From contig NMRA01000288.1 of NCBI GenBank assembly GCA_002633005.1, positions 198,300 to 262,299 of the forward strand: a stretch of 64,000 nucleotides of DNA. The letters are read 5' to 3'. Source of the DNA: Phoronis australis. Taxonomy: Eukaryota; Animalia; Phoronida. The first letter of the stretch is position 1. Each line of letters begins with the position of its first letter. The notes under the pieces are model-generated. The model was not told the origin of the DNA and did no database searches. It saw only the letters and a list, made by a program, of their open reading frames with translations. Shown piece by piece: positions 63,701 to 64,000 of the stretch. Both the position numbers and the translations under genes were made by a program.

Positions 63701-64000
63701 GTAGGGTTGACGGGAAAGCCAGCGATCCTTTTATGACTCTGGTTGTATCCATAGAGCAGTTCTCCAAAGACTACACTTTCGTAACACCGGAAGCCGTATA
63801 TGCGCCATATCAAAACTACGTCGCCATCACTTGCAAAACTGTTGAATGTGGCGAACTTTATTTAGATAGCAAACCGATAACTGGTGCAACTTTTTGGAAA
63901 ACATGGACCTTAATTCACGGACCTCAAGCCTCATTTTCTGTTGGCATCGTTTTGATAAGCCATGGGACTCACACTTTAAGTCACCCTGACCCAACAGTCG
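63701..64000 (+). CDS. Copy 4, exon F (runs off window end)
   Basis: tttcag| acceptor, then GRVDGKASDPFMTLVVSIEQFSKDYTFVTPEAVYAPYQNYVAITCKTVECGELYLDSKP..., open to the end of the window. Confidence 0.88.

Overview
This is AT-rich animal (probably invertebrate) genomic DNA with GT-AG introns, and most ORF-track calls are spurious. The window holds a tandem array of four + strand paralogs of one multi-exon gene. The gene encodes an IgGFc-binding-protein (FCGBP) N-terminal-like domain, two acidic DxDxDG repeats, a Thr-rich mucin-like stalk of variable length, one transmembrane helix, a CRCCC/polybasic motif and a short cytoplasmic tail. Copy 1 (568-2971, 5' exons outside the window) is intact but nearly stalkless. 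Copy 2 (~12885-16529) is a pseudogene. Copy 3 (30021-35914) has six visible exons, a long stalk and a replaced C-terminal tail. Copy 4 (55928 to window end) is open, but one exon is apparently lost at an assembly N. No signal-peptide exon could be identified. The intergenic spacers were co-duplicated and contain many decayed transposons: L1/Tx1 LINE, TTAA fold-back element, a THAP / His-Me-like / YqaJ-like composite, THAP12-like remnants, MITEs with 5-bp TSDs and HINE-like elements. There is also a 111/118-bp tandem array carrying CTCF-like motifs. All domain names come from motif recognition by eye, not database searches.
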